Made by a program: the position numbers and the translations under genes
Notes under the pieces: model-generated
Told to the model about the DNA's origin: nothing
What the model saw: the letters and a program-made list of their open reading frames with translations, nothing else
Databases searched by the model: none
Part shown: positions 10,676 through 20,627 of the stretch, piece by piece
Layout of the letters: every line of letters starts with the position of its first letter
How positions within the stretch are numbered: position 1 is the first letter of the stretch
Source: a virus
Taxonomy: Duplodnaviria > Caudoviricetes
Strand: one strand, 5' to 3'
Virus record (IMG/VR): IMGVR_UViG_3300037631_000806
Span: 1 to 36,447 of that record
DNA length: 36,447 bases

Positions 10676-12270
10676 TGTGGAAACTAATTTCTAAAGTATT
10701 ATTTACAAACTCAGGTGCAGTTTCAGAATTTACTGCAGCTACTTCTACTGATTATTCTAAAGCATTATGGTATAACACTGATACGGGTGAAGTAAGAAAT
10801 GCAGTAGATACAGCAGGAATACCTATTACCGACTATACATTATTTGAACAAAGATTAGAAGAAGGACAAAGAACTGGTGCAGCATCAGGACCAAATCAAA
10901 CTCCAGGACCTGAAGTTGGTTCAGGTGGAGTTATACCTAGAGCTTTATCACCGAGCGAAATTGACCAAGCTGTTAAAGAATATTACACAGACCCTAACTA
11001 TAAACCTCCGTATGGATTTGTAATTAATGATGATGGGGAACTAGAAGAAATGGAAAAGGATGAAGATGGAGAGTATCTTTTTCCTGGAATCAACGACCCT
11101 GTTGCACCACTTACACCTGATGAAGCTATACAGCTTAGGCTAGGTACTCAGGGAGTAACACAGTTTTTAGGATTTGAAGGAACTTTGGGAACACCTTTAG
11201 GATATAAAGGTGCAGGTGAGGGATATGGTGACAATCCTGTGTATATCACACCACTAATAACAACCCTGTTTATGGACGATATGTTAGGAGAACAATACGT
11301 CCGAGACTTACAAACTAAGTTAGTTAAATCAGGTTATCTTGTTGGTGGTTTTGATGCTGGAACAATGGACGCACCTACAATAGCAGCTATATCTGCATCA
11401 ATGACATCACACAACCTTGAAGGTAGAGTGCCGTATTTTGATGATGGTTTTGCTATAGAAGGTGCGTTACTTACTTTATCTACAACAGTAGGAATAAATG
11501 AGGATGGTGAAGTAGTAGAACAAATTATAAACCCTTCTAACCCTAATCAGATTATTTATTCAGGTGATGCAGCAAAACAATATAAGAGTCAGTATGCATT
11601 TACAGAAGACAAGAAAAGAGAAATTAGAGATTTTTATTTTAATGAATTAGATACAGATGTTAATGATTTAGAAGAACGTTTATTAGATAACTATACAGTA
11701 GATGTACCTAAGTATGACACTGAGTCTGCAGGATACATAGCTATGAATGCAGTACGTAACTACTTTGGTGGTGCAGATAAAATTAGTTTTACACAAGCTC
11801 AGTCTTTAGCAGGAGTTGTTAATTCGTTACTTGAAGTAACTAAACGTGATATGGATGGAATGGTTACACAAAACATTAAACAAGATATAGATGCACAAGT
11901 TAAACAGTTAGGTTATGAAGGATGGTTGGATAAGTATGGAAGTGAAGAAGGATACAAACAATCTCTTAAACAACAATATCCTTTTGCAGATGACCAAATG
12001 TTAGATACATTAGTTTCTACAAAGATGAAAGAGTTTAGGGTTGAGACAAGTCAAGAGCTTGGACCTTCAGCAACACCAGGTAATCCGTTTGCATTAACAG
12101 GACAGAATGAAAGATTTTCTGCATTATTTAATGGAAGGCTCAATAGAGCTATTGATAATATATACGGTGAGGAAAAAGATTTTTCTGCAAGGCAAAGTGC
12201 ATTTGATGCTGCTACAGCTAACTTTGCACAAGCATCACGTAGTCTAAGAAATTTAGGTAGAGGAGCATAA
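10675..12270 (+). CDS. Putative internal virion protein with a peptidoglycan-binding (PG_binding_1-like) segment
   Basis: GEQYVRDLQTKLVKSGYLVGGFDAGTMDAPTIAAI (about 11287-11395) fits the 'V..LQ..L...GY......G.....T..A' pattern; TAATG coupling at both ends. Confidence 0.6.
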   Translation: MWKLISKVLFTNSGAVSEFTAATSTDYSKALWYNTDTGEVRNAVDTAGIPITDYTLFEQRLEEGQRTGAASGPNQTPGPEVGSGGVIPRALSPSEIDQAVKEYYTDPNYKPPYGFVINDDGELEEMEKDEDGEYLFPGINDPVAPLTPDEAIQLRLGTQGVTQFLGFEGTLGTPLGYKGAGEGYGDNPVYITPLITTLFMDDMLGEQYVRDLQTKLVKSGYLVGGFDAGTMDAPTIAAISASMTSHNLEGRVPYFDDGFAIEGALLTLSTTVGINEDGEVVEQIINPSNPNQIIYSGDAAKQYKSQYAFTEDKKREIRDFYFNELDTDVNDLEERLLDNYTVDVPKYDTESAGYIAMNAVRNYFGGADKISFTQAQSLAGVVNSLLEVTKRDMDGMVTQNIKQDIDAQVKQLGYEGWLDKYGSEEGYKQSLKQQYPFADDQMLDTLVSTKMKEFRVETSQELGPSATPGNPFALTGQNERFSALFNGRLNRAIDNIYGEEKDFSARQSAFDAATANFAQASRSLRNLGRGA

Positions 12271-13145
12271 TGGCAAAGGTAACTGCTCAAGAGATTGTAA
12301 AATATTTAGAGAATGCAGGAGCTTCAAAAGAAGATATTCCTACATTAGTTATGACTGCTTTTTATGAATCAAACTTTGAGACTGAAGCACAGAATGATAC
12401 AACAAAAGCTATAGGCTTATTTCAAATAAATGCAAGTTCTTTTTATGATGACAACAATGAACCTGACCCATCATTAAGTAAATTTTTTAAATCTACAGGT
12501 AATACATTGTCTGAATCAGATTTTGAAGAAGCATTGAAAGACCCACAGTATAATGCAAACTTTGCGATATCTTATTTAAATGACGTAAAAGCTAATCCTG
12601 AACAGTTTCCTATAGTCAGAGATAATAACAATAATCCTTTCTCAGTATGGGAAGGATACACAGATTATGTAGAACCTTATCTAAATGGTCAAATGCCTAA
12701 AGGTAGAGGCACTGATGCAGCAGGACAAAAGTCAGATGTGATTGCAGGTATCAATGCGTATGTTGATGCATTCTATAGTACAGGTTCAGAAACATTAGGA
12801 GAAGAACCACAAGCCTCAGATGCACCTGATATAGAAGCACCTGAAGTTGTTGGTGGTGGTGATTTCAGAGGTGGTCTAGGTCAGGAAAGAAGAATTAAAA
12901 ACTTTACGGAAAGAGAGATAGTATCTTTTGAAAGGTCTAGGGATAAGATTGCACAGAAAATTAATCCTTCAGACCCTACTAATCCTGAGACTATAAGACA
13001 ATCTTCATTGATGTTAGCTAGCTTGAAAGGATTAGATACAGCAGAAATACCTATAGATGTACGTTCTAATTACTCAGAGTTAGATACAGTTATACTAAAC
13101 TTTTTAGGAGAGCTTAGTAAGAAAAAAGTAGAAGGTGCTAAATAA
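12270..13145 (+). CDS. Virion-associated lytic transglycosylase / lysozyme-like protein
   Basis: TAFYESNF (catalytic Glu), IGLFQIN and DPQYNANFAISYL are the SLT/lysozyme-like motifs, in the N-terminal half. Confidence 0.8.
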   Translation: MAKVTAQEIVKYLENAGASKEDIPTLVMTAFYESNFETEAQNDTTKAIGLFQINASSFYDDNNEPDPSLSKFFKSTGNTLSESDFEEALKDPQYNANFAISYLNDVKANPEQFPIVRDNNNNPFSVWEGYTDYVEPYLNGQMPKGRGTDAAGQKSDVIAGINAYVDAFYSTGSETLGEEPQASDAPDIEAPEVVGGGDFRGGLGQERRIKNFTEREIVSFERSRDKIAQKINPSDPTNPETIRQSSLMLASLKGLDTAEIPIDVRSNYSELDTVILNFLGELSKKKVEGAK

Positions 13146-14386
13146 TGGAAGAATACGATTTCACTTTATCTGAAGAAGAGTTAAACAAAATTATAGACGA
13201 ATCTCTCAGTGCTGCTCCTCCAATAGAGGATATGCCTGTAGCTGATACATTAATTAAAGGTGATGATGGTTTGTTTTACTTTATATATACATTAAAAGCA
13301 GAAGACATAGATGGTCTTGACCAAGATGTAACAGTGTATTACACAGACACAACAAACTATAAACAAAGTTTTACTACAGGTAATGTAGATGATATAAAAG
13401 CTAGTGGATTATTCTTTGGAGATTTATCTGAAGTAGATACAAGAATGAAAGGTAGAAACCCTCTCAATCTATTGTTAGATGATTTAAAAGACGAACTTAA
13501 ATTAAATGATTATATTCTTAAAGCTGCTGAGTCTGATGGTAACTTTAATGCAGTAGGAGTATTTTTAGAATCTTTATTCGAGGGAAGACCTGCAGAGTAC
13601 AAGGATTATGCTATTGCTAGTGATTACATAAATGCTTTATCAGGAGACCAGTTAGCATACTTTAAAGCTCAGGCATTAGGTACTGACCCTAAAGCCAATG
13701 CAACTTTAAGAAGACTACAAGATACTGCAAAGATAGAACTTGCAGGATTAGTTTCTAAGTATGCACAGTATGAAGTACCACAAGATGTATTAGATTATTT
13801 ATATGACCAAAGAGTTAAAGGTATTCTTACAAAAGAATCATTAGCTGAACAGTATAAGTTATTAGTATTTCCTGAAATTCCAGGATTTAGAAATGACGAT
13901 ATTGTTGAGTTTATGTCATCTCGAGATATATCTATACCTGATAACTTAGCTTACATTGATAAAGCTAAAGACCAAGTTAATGCAAAAGTAGGACCGTACT
14001 TATCAGGGTTGTTTACAGATGATGACTATAGAACATTTAGTAATGTCTTAGCTGAAACTAATGGCTCACAGTTATTAGATGCACAACTTCAAACAGTATG
14101 GGATGAGAATGTAGCGGATAAATACAAAGGTAAAAACTACACTACCTCTGTTATTGGCATTAGAACTATGGCAAATAGATACGGTAGGCTTGATGAGACA
14201 GGTAGAGATAGAGATTTAGTTTATAATTTGTTTACTATTGATGACCCAAGTGAACAAAGAAAACAAGCAACAGCACACTTCCTTAACGTAGGAGATGAAG
14301 GTGCATTGCAAAAGATGGGTCAAGATTTATCTAAGCTAGGATTTAGTCCAGTATATCTTAGCCCGACAATAACAGGACAAGGATAA
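13145..14386 (+). CDS. Putative internal virion protein (413 aa)
   Basis: Coupled by TAATG overlaps within the ejection-protein block; acidic and helical; no recognisable motif. Confidence 0.55.
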   Translation: MEEYDFTLSEEELNKIIDESLSAAPPIEDMPVADTLIKGDDGLFYFIYTLKAEDIDGLDQDVTVYYTDTTNYKQSFTTGNVDDIKASGLFFGDLSEVDTRMKGRNPLNLLLDDLKDELKLNDYILKAAESDGNFNAVGVFLESLFEGRPAEYKDYAIASDYINALSGDQLAYFKAQALGTDPKANATLRRLQDTAKIELAGLVSKYAQYEVPQDVLDYLYDQRVKGILTKESLAEQYKLLVFPEIPGFRNDDIVEFMSSRDISIPDNLAYIDKAKDQVNAKVGPYLSGLFTDDDYRTFSNVLAETNGSQLLDAQLQTVWDENVADKYKGKNYTTSVIGIRTMANRYGRLDETGRDRDLVYNLFTIDDPSEQRKQATAHFLNVGDEGALQKMGQDLSKLGFSPVYLSPTITGQG

Positions 14387-15474
14387 TGGAATTTACAGAA
14401 GAAGATTTTAAAAAAGGTGTAAAAATATATAGATATGATTCACCTCCAGGAGGAGATGAAGCATTTAATCAAGAAGACTTAGACAAATTATTAGGAGAAG
14501 GATATTCTTTAACAGATAATCGTGCTACAGATACTGATACAGACGAAGGTGATGATGATTTAACTGGGGACTTTAGTTCATTGTTTAATAAACTAAGCAC
14601 TGCTATAGAAAACATAGGAGCTTCTAGTACAAGCTCTCCTGATTTTGTAGCTACTCCTCAACAGATAGAAGATTTAATACCTTGGTTAGCAGGTAAAGGT
14701 AACTTGTTACAAGAGTATACAAATCAGTACATAGAGACAGGTAGTGCAGAGTTTGCATTAGCTGCAGTTAGAAACTTAGGTGAGTATGCAGAGTATTATC
14801 CTGGTATCAAAAGAGGTGATGGTTCATTAAGAATGAATGAATCACAGTACGAACAAGTTCGTGAAGGTTTTTATAGAATATTATTAGAGAATGATTTAAA
14901 CCCTATTGTCTTTGAAGCAAGAGGTAAAGTAGCTGCATTAATTGCAGGAGACGTGAGCGTTGCAGAATTTAAAGGTAGAATAGAATCAACAAGACAAGCA
15001 TTTAGAGATAACCCTATAGCAGATGAAATTAAAACTTATTATTCAGCTAACTTCGATATTGATTTGTCTGACAATGCTGTATTTGCAGCAGCACTTGACC
15101 CTGACATTTCTATAGGAATATTACAAGGTCAGATACAACAAGCAGAACTAGGAGCAGAAGCTGCATTAAGAAACTTAGATTTATCTACAGAACAAGCACA
15201 AAGATTAATACAAGCAGGTATTACACAATCAGGTGGTCAAAGGTTATTTAGTAGAGCTTCAGAGTATATTCAAAGACTAAACAGACTACGTACAGGACAA
15301 GGTAGAACCACTGAGATAGGACTACAAGATATTATTTCTTCAGAAGTACAACAAGACCCTCAAGCTGTAATAGAACAACAGCGTATTCTTAATCAACAAG
15401 CATCTCTCAGCTCATTAGATACAGGTGCTAGGAAAACACAAACAGGAGAAGTTGCAGGCTTAGAAGAAGTCTAG
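14386..15474 (+). CDS. Putative internal virion protein (362 aa)
   Basis: TAATG-coupled; Q/A-rich helical C-terminus typical of ejection proteins. Confidence 0.55.
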   Translation: MEFTEEDFKKGVKIYRYDSPPGGDEAFNQEDLDKLLGEGYSLTDNRATDTDTDEGDDDLTGDFSSLFNKLSTAIENIGASSTSSPDFVATPQQIEDLIPWLAGKGNLLQEYTNQYIETGSAEFALAAVRNLGEYAEYYPGIKRGDGSLRMNESQYEQVREGFYRILLENDLNPIVFEARGKVAALIAGDVSVAEFKGRIESTRQAFRDNPIADEIKTYYSANFDIDLSDNAVFAAALDPDISIGILQGQIQQAELGAEAALRNLDLSTEQAQRLIQAGITQSGGQRLFSRASEYIQRLNRLRTGQGRTTEIGLQDIISSEVQQDPQAVIEQQRILNQQASLSSLDTGARKTQTGEVAGLEEV

Positions 15475-15480
15475 TATACT
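15452..15480 (+). promoter_or_regulatory. Sigma70-type promoter for scaffold/capsid
   Basis: TTGCAG (15452-15457), 17-nt spacer, TATACT (15475-15480). Confidence 0.55.
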
Positions 15481-15485
15481 ACATG

Positions 15486-15630
15486 TAGTGCCTGACGAGT
15501 TCGGCACACTAAATATAGGGTCGTATTCGAGAGAACCTCCAAGGTGTTCTCTTTGTTGTTCGCAAACCCTTGTGTAACAATCCCTTTAATTACCTAGCGA
15601 TTAATGTATATGGGATTTTATATGCTAGAG
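15486..15630 (+). ncRNA. Putative structured 5' leader RNA (three stems, possible pseudoknot)
   Basis: GTGCC/GGCAC hairpin; AGGGT/ACCCT enclosing AGAGAAC/GTTCTCT; AATCCC/GGGATT enclosing TTAATT/GATTAA, whose loop CTAGC is complementary to GCTAG at 15624-15628. Confidence 0.45.
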
Positions 15631-15646
15631 AAGATGGAGAATATAA

Positions 15647-16105
15647 ATGACAGAAGAACAAATTAATACAGAATCATCTGATGATAATGCTATAGCTCAA
15701 CTAAGAGATGAATACAAACGTCTCAAGGCTGAGAATAAAGCATATAAACAGAACGTTATGAATTCTGCTTTGCAATCAATCGGATTAGAAGCTGATAAAG
15801 GCATAGGTAAGGCTGTGACTAAATTGTATGATGGTGAAATGAATAGTGAATCTATCGCACAGTTTGTACAAGAAGAGTTTGGTGAAGGAGTTGCTAATGT
15901 AACTAATGAGCCAGTTCAAGAGCCTACTGTTGCTGACAACGTTGTTCAAGCTCAATCACGTGTAGAGCAACTAAATAAAGTTGGAGTAGACAATAAGCCA
16001 CTGGATACAATGGCTGAGTTCAAACAATTTGTTAATTCTTCAGAAACAAGTACAAAACAATCTATCGCTGCCAAATTGGCAATGATGGAGCAACAAGACA
16101 AATAA
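15647..16105 (+). CDS. Capsid scaffolding protein
   Basis: 152 aa, acidic N-terminus plus coiled coil (IAQLRDEYKRLKAENKAYK), directly upstream of MCP, GGAG SD. Confidence 0.75.
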   Translation: MTEEQINTESSDDNAIAQLRDEYKRLKAENKAYKQNVMNSALQSIGLEADKGIGKAVTKLYDGEMNSESIAQFVQEEFGEGVANVTNEPVQEPTVADNVVQAQSRVEQLNKVGVDNKPLDTMAEFKQFVNSSETSTKQSIAAKLAMMEQQDK

Positions 16106-16119
16106 TTTAGGAGATTCAA

Positions 16120-17214
16120 ATGGGACCAATATCAACCCCTGACCCAATCTACACAAGCGATATAAATAATTTTCAAGGAGAATTATTTCGTGTAGGTGGT
16201 CAAAGAACACCTTTCTTATCTGCAATTGGTGGTTTGTCAGGCGGAGGAAAAGTAATACAATCTACTTTCTTCCAATTCCAAACTGCTGATAACGAGACAA
16301 TCTCTTCAGCACCTACAGAAGGAACTGAAGGCGGACAGCCAACAGAATACCTTGGTAGAAATAGAGGAGCGTATACTCAGGTTACGCAGATATTTCATAA
16401 AGGTGTAAAAATGTCATACACAGCTATGGCAGCTTACAACCAACAAAATGCCTTTGATTTAGGCGCAGCAGGATTCAACACCTCAGACGGTGACGGAACA
16501 CTTACTGCTGCAGACAAGTTAGCTCTTTTCGGAGGTAACCCAATAACAGACGAACTAGCAGAACAACTAGAACTTGCATTAGAAAAAGTTGCTAGGGAAG
16601 TAGAATACTTCGCTATCAATGGTACTTTTGCAGATGGTGTTCATGCCTCTAACCCTGTTGGAGACAATAGAACATTTAGAGGACTTGCAGCTCATACTGC
16701 GTTGAATGGTGGTAACAAATATTTCAACACAGCTACAGAAGCTACAGGTGGTACTGCTAAGAAACTCGACTGGGATGGCGTAGCAAAATCATTAAAGAAA
16801 CTTTATGATGCTTCAGCACCAGTTAAGAATCCAGTCCTATTGGTTAACTCAGCTAACATGTTAGAACTTAACAAGCAGCTACATAACCCACAATCAGGTG
16901 GTACAACTGCTGCTGTTCTTCCAAGAGACAGAAATGTAGGAGGTATCGACATTGATACTATCATTACACCATTTGGCTCTATTGGAATGATGGTTCTTGA
17001 CTCAAACATCTTAGGAAGCAATGATGCTTATATCGTAGATATGGCTTATGTAAGTCCTATCTTCACAAACATTCCTGGCAAAGGAACTGTTTTCGTAAGA
17101 GACATTGACCAAGACGACTATGCAAGAGTTGCAAAAGCAATCTATATGGAGATGGGAATAGACTTCGGTCCTCCACAATATCACCTTCACATAGATGAAA
17201 TTGCTACTCCGTAG
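16120..17214 (+). CDS. Major capsid protein (SU10 MCP/DUF5309-like, HK97 fold)
   Basis: 364 aa, strong AGGAG SD, TPFLSAIG, VTQIFHKGVKMSYTA, EVEYFAING, FRGL and TPFG motifs; followed by a terminator. Confidence 0.88.
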   Translation: MGPISTPDPIYTSDINNFQGELFRVGGQRTPFLSAIGGLSGGGKVIQSTFFQFQTADNETISSAPTEGTEGGQPTEYLGRNRGAYTQVTQIFHKGVKMSYTAMAAYNQQNAFDLGAAGFNTSDGDGTLTAADKLALFGGNPITDELAEQLELALEKVAREVEYFAINGTFADGVHASNPVGDNRTFRGLAAHTALNGGNKYFNTATEATGGTAKKLDWDGVAKSLKKLYDASAPVKNPVLLVNSANMLELNKQLHNPQSGGTTAAVLPRDRNVGGIDIDTIITPFGSIGMMVLDSNILGSNDAYIVDMAYVSPIFTNIPGKGTVFVRDIDQDDYARVAKAIYMEMGIDFGPPQYHLHIDEIATP

Positions 17215-17231
17215 TAATTAATTTGAAGATT

Positions 17232-17262
17232 AGGGTGGAACTCCACCTCCACCCTTTTCTTC
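17232..17262 (+). terminator. Rho-independent terminator after major capsid
   Basis: AGGGTGGA (17232-17239) / TCCACCCT (17248-17255) stem followed by TTTCTTCT. Confidence 0.75.
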
Positions 17263-17271
17263 TGCTATAGT
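17263..17271 (+). promoter_or_regulatory. Possible extended -10 promoter for the tail operon
   Basis: TG-C-TATAGT right after the terminator, 9 nt before ATG 17281. Confidence 0.35.
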
Positions 17272-17280
17272 AAGGAAGAT

Positions 17281-17619
17281 ATGTACAAGACAAACGTAAA
17301 AGAAGTTTTAATAGATATTTCTGATAATACAACTATATCTAGTGGGGTAAACACAGATGGCATGTTGCTTACAGGAATAGTATTTCCTGCAGCTATGACA
17401 GGTACAGAAGTTACTTTTGATTTTTCTGTAGACAATACCAACTGGTATGATGTTGTAGAAACAGATGGAACTGCAGTAACATACACAGTCACAGCAGGTG
17501 ATGTTGTAAGAGTAGACCCTAGTGGTTGGGCTTTTGCATCAAGTGGGTTTATTAGAGTTACATCAGGTAGTGCTGAAGCAGCAGACAGAAGCATAAAGTT
17601 AATATTTAGAACAGCCTAG
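17281..17619 (+). CDS. Virion structural protein (beta-rich, 112 aa)
   Basis: Small all-beta-looking protein between MCP and adaptor. Confidence 0.6.
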   Translation: MYKTNVKEVLIDISDNTTISSGVNTDGMLLTGIVFPAAMTGTEVTFDFSVDNTNWYDVVETDGTAVTYTVTAGDVVRVDPSGWAFASSGFIRVTSGSAEAADRSIKLIFRTA

Positions 17620-17627
17620 GAGGACCA

Positions 17628-18632
17628 ATGAGTACGACTATTGGTGACCTTGTCGATAGGACTTATCGAGAATATCTCGAACCTATGGATGACTTGGTTA
17701 GTTATACAACACTGTCGACTGGTGTAAACACTACTGCTACAGAAATTGTTTTCAATGGTGATTTGTTATCTGTTGAAGAACAAGATGCTTTAGATGCAGG
17801 AACTATAATTGAAATAGGTCAAGAGCTTATGCTATGTAAAGACCTTAACGCTGTTACTAATACAATAACTGTAACAAGAGGTGCAAGAGGTACAACTAAA
17901 ACATTACATACAGCAGGTGACTTAATTAAAATAGCACCACCATTCCCAAGAAAGAATGTGTTTGATGCAGTATCTGACCAAATAAAAAACTTATATCCTA
18001 CACTATTTGCTGTTGAAACTAAAACAGTTACCGCAGCAGTAGGCTATGAAATACTTGGAACACACGGAACTGACCAAGATAATAATAATTATTTAGTTGC
18101 TCCTATAAAAGCAATATCACAATATACAGATTTTTCAGCTAACTCCGATTCAACAGGAATACAGTACAGAGGTGTCACAGTAGAGTTAGTCGACTTACCT
18201 AATCCTTTTACATACGTAGACAGTGATGGTGTGTCAAGAACTAAAACATATACAACTGGACCAAATGTAGTAAACGCAATACAAACATATAATATACAAC
18301 AAGGTCATACCGTATATGTAACATTTAAAAAGAAGTTTATAGACCCTACTGCTGAGACAGATACACTTGCAACAGTAGGATTAGAAGACGAATACGAACC
18401 AATTATTATGGCAGGAGTTGCAGCACAACTTATGTCAGGTAGAGATATACCAACAGCAACTGCAGACTACATAACAGACCAGTTATCCGTCAGTAACTTT
18501 CCTGTTGATTCTGCTACTAGAATTAGAAACTCTCTTCTTTCATATCAAAGAGCTTTAATACAACAAGCACGAAAGGACCTTAGAGCTAGATATCCTGAAC
18601 CAGTTACTATCAACAGTATAAGTTACGGATAA
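17628..18632 (+). CDS. Head-tail adaptor (tail tubular protein A-like) with inserted beta module
   Basis: AGGAGG SD; N-terminal TTIGDLVDRTYR and C-terminal YEPIIMAGVAAQL helices typical of adaptors; position after MCP. Confidence 0.6.
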   Translation: MSTTIGDLVDRTYREYLEPMDDLVSYTTLSTGVNTTATEIVFNGDLLSVEEQDALDAGTIIEIGQELMLCKDLNAVTNTITVTRGARGTTKTLHTAGDLIKIAPPFPRKNVFDAVSDQIKNLYPTLFAVETKTVTAAVGYEILGTHGTDQDNNNYLVAPIKAISQYTDFSANSDSTGIQYRGVTVELVDLPNPFTYVDSDGVSRTKTYTTGPNVVNAIQTYNIQQGHTVYVTFKKKFIDPTAETDTLATVGLEDEYEPIIMAGVAAQLMSGRDIPTATADYITDQLSVSNFPVDSATRIRNSLLSYQRALIQQARKDLRARYPEPVTINSISYG

Positions 18633-20620
18633 TGCCTAGAGTAGCCACTACAATAAATACGTCCAATCCTAAAAGATATGGATATGATATTCGTGTTGAT
18701 AATATATTACTTCGTTCTGCTGTTGGTCCAGGTAGAGAAATGCAGATACAATCTTCAGATGTACAAGAAGGTCAAGTTAATGTAAAGCAAAATGCAGAGG
18801 ACTTTACTTCTAACTTAGGTCGTATCTATTCACGAAATAATTTTACAGGTGGACAAGGACTAGACACAGCACACAGACAAAATGGTACAACTAAAGATTC
18901 AACAAGATTTTGGGATAGCAAAGGTGTAGATGTATTTCATGGAGATGATGAAACTTCTTATCACACACACTTGTTATTTACAACAGCAGATAAAAATGTA
19001 AGAGGGGATGATACAACATTTGCAGGTAGTAATAACTATTTAGCACAGACTACTAATGGTGACATATATGTTACTGATGCTAATGTAATTTATAAATCTA
19101 CAAACAGTGGCTCTACTTGGGGACCAGTAACTACAGGATTTACTATAAACTACAACTTTACTGGTATAGCTTCAGTAGGAGATATGATATTTGCTACAAC
19201 TGCAGATGGCACAAGTAACTCAGAGCTTATTAAGTTTGATGGTGTATCTACTTGGTCAAAGGAAACAACAGCACAATCTTCATCAGGAGGTTTGAATGGT
19301 GTGTGGTTTGCAAAAGGACAACTAGTATTTAGTGGAGATGATGGTTCAGTAGAAAGAGTATGGGCAATAAGTCCATTCAATAAAACTTGGTCAGGTTCTG
19401 ACTTAGCAGATGCAGCTGCAATCATAACTTTTGAGGATTCACACCACGTATCACAAGTTGTAGATGCAGGTGCAGTAGTCTTAGTAGCTTCTACTAATGG
19501 AGATATATATTCAGTCAAAGATGTAGCAGGAACTTTTACACTTAAAGGACAAACAAACATACCTTTTGAAGAAGTACACTCTATAGCTGCAGCAGAAGGA
19601 ATTGTATTTTTTGGTACAAAAGATTTTACAAGAGCTGTAGGTAGATTTTATCGTGCAGACTTAACAGTTGCAGATGATTTATATGTACTAGCTAATAGAC
19701 AGTTAATAAAAGAATGGGTTATAACAGATGTAGATACAACACCTAAGCATATGTTTGTTACAAGAGATAGTGTTTATTGTGGAATAAAAGAAAGCGATAG
19801 TGAGAGTTACTTGTGGAGATATTACTTACCTACTGCAGGATTCGCTAGAGATTTAGAGATGGGAGCATCAGGTTTTATTACAGGTATAACCAATTCAAAT
19901 GGTAAGTTTGTTATAGCTGTAGCAGGACAAGATATATTCTTAGAAACATCTACATACGAACTTGAAGGTTATCTTATAATGTCAGCAGCAGATTTCTTTA
20001 CAGCAGAACATAAACAGTTTGTAGGTGCAGAAACTTCTACATTTACTATGCCTAGTAATACAACAGTAGATTTATTTTACTCAACTAAGTTTGAAGCATT
20101 AGATAATCCTAATGACACATCATTTCAATTAGCATTCACACAAGCTACTGGTGTTGGTGATGAAGAAAAACAAATAGCAGAGATTGCTAGATACATCATA
20201 GGTAAAGTTGTTTTAAAATCAGAAAATGGTGCAAATACACCTAAAGTTAAATCAGTACAATTTCGTGCATTAGCTAGACCAGAACTTGTAGTTGCACAGA
20301 TACCTATAAACATATCTGATAGAGTAGAAAGACCAGGAAGAAAACCTATAAAGGTTAAAGGTCTTGGAGATACTTTATATAATGCACTTCGTAGTAAAGA
20401 AGGTGATAGTGTTACTTTAGAATTATTTGACCCTTCAGAAATTATTAGAGGTGTAGTAGAAAGAATTAGTTATCCAATTAATTCTAATGTTGAAAGAGGA
20501 AGCGTAACACAGTATGCTATAATTACTGTGCGTGGTACTAGACAACCAACTGTTACTGATGTAACAAGTGTTCATGTGTTTGGTATTAACGCATTAGGAT
20601 TTGTGAGATTTGGTGCATAG
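18632..20620 (+). CDS. Tail nozzle (tail tubular protein B-like, beta-propeller)
   Basis: 662 aa, beta-strand-rich with Asp-box-like YKSTNSGSTW and KFDGVSTW; follows the adaptor. Confidence 0.65.
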   Translation: MPRVATTINTSNPKRYGYDIRVDNILLRSAVGPGREMQIQSSDVQEGQVNVKQNAEDFTSNLGRIYSRNNFTGGQGLDTAHRQNGTTKDSTRFWDSKGVDVFHGDDETSYHTHLLFTTADKNVRGDDTTFAGSNNYLAQTTNGDIYVTDANVIYKSTNSGSTWGPVTTGFTINYNFTGIASVGDMIFATTADGTSNSELIKFDGVSTWSKETTAQSSSGGLNGVWFAKGQLVFSGDDGSVERVWAISPFNKTWSGSDLADAAAIITFEDSHHVSQVVDAGAVVLVASTNGDIYSVKDVAGTFTLKGQTNIPFEEVHSIAAAEGIVFFGTKDFTRAVGRFYRADLTVADDLYVLANRQLIKEWVITDVDTTPKHMFVTRDSVYCGIKESDSESYLWRYYLPTAGFARDLEMGASGFITGITNSNGKFVIAVAGQDIFLETSTYELEGYLIMSAADFFTAEHKQFVGAETSTFTMPSNTTVDLFYSTKFEALDNPNDTSFQLAFTQATGVGDEEKQIAEIARYIIGKVVLKSENGANTPKVKSVQFRALARPELVVAQIPINISDRVERPGRKPIKVKGLGDTLYNALRSKEGDSVTLELFDPSEIIRGVVERISYPINSNVERGSVTQYAIITVRGTRQPTVTDVTSVHVFGINALGFVRFGA

Positions 20621-20627
20621 GAGATAA

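Noticed and set aside
15492-15498. CTGACGA resembling a hammerhead ribozyme core (CUGANGA)
   Set aside because: No stem II followed by GAAA; the motif lies in a simple hairpin loop.
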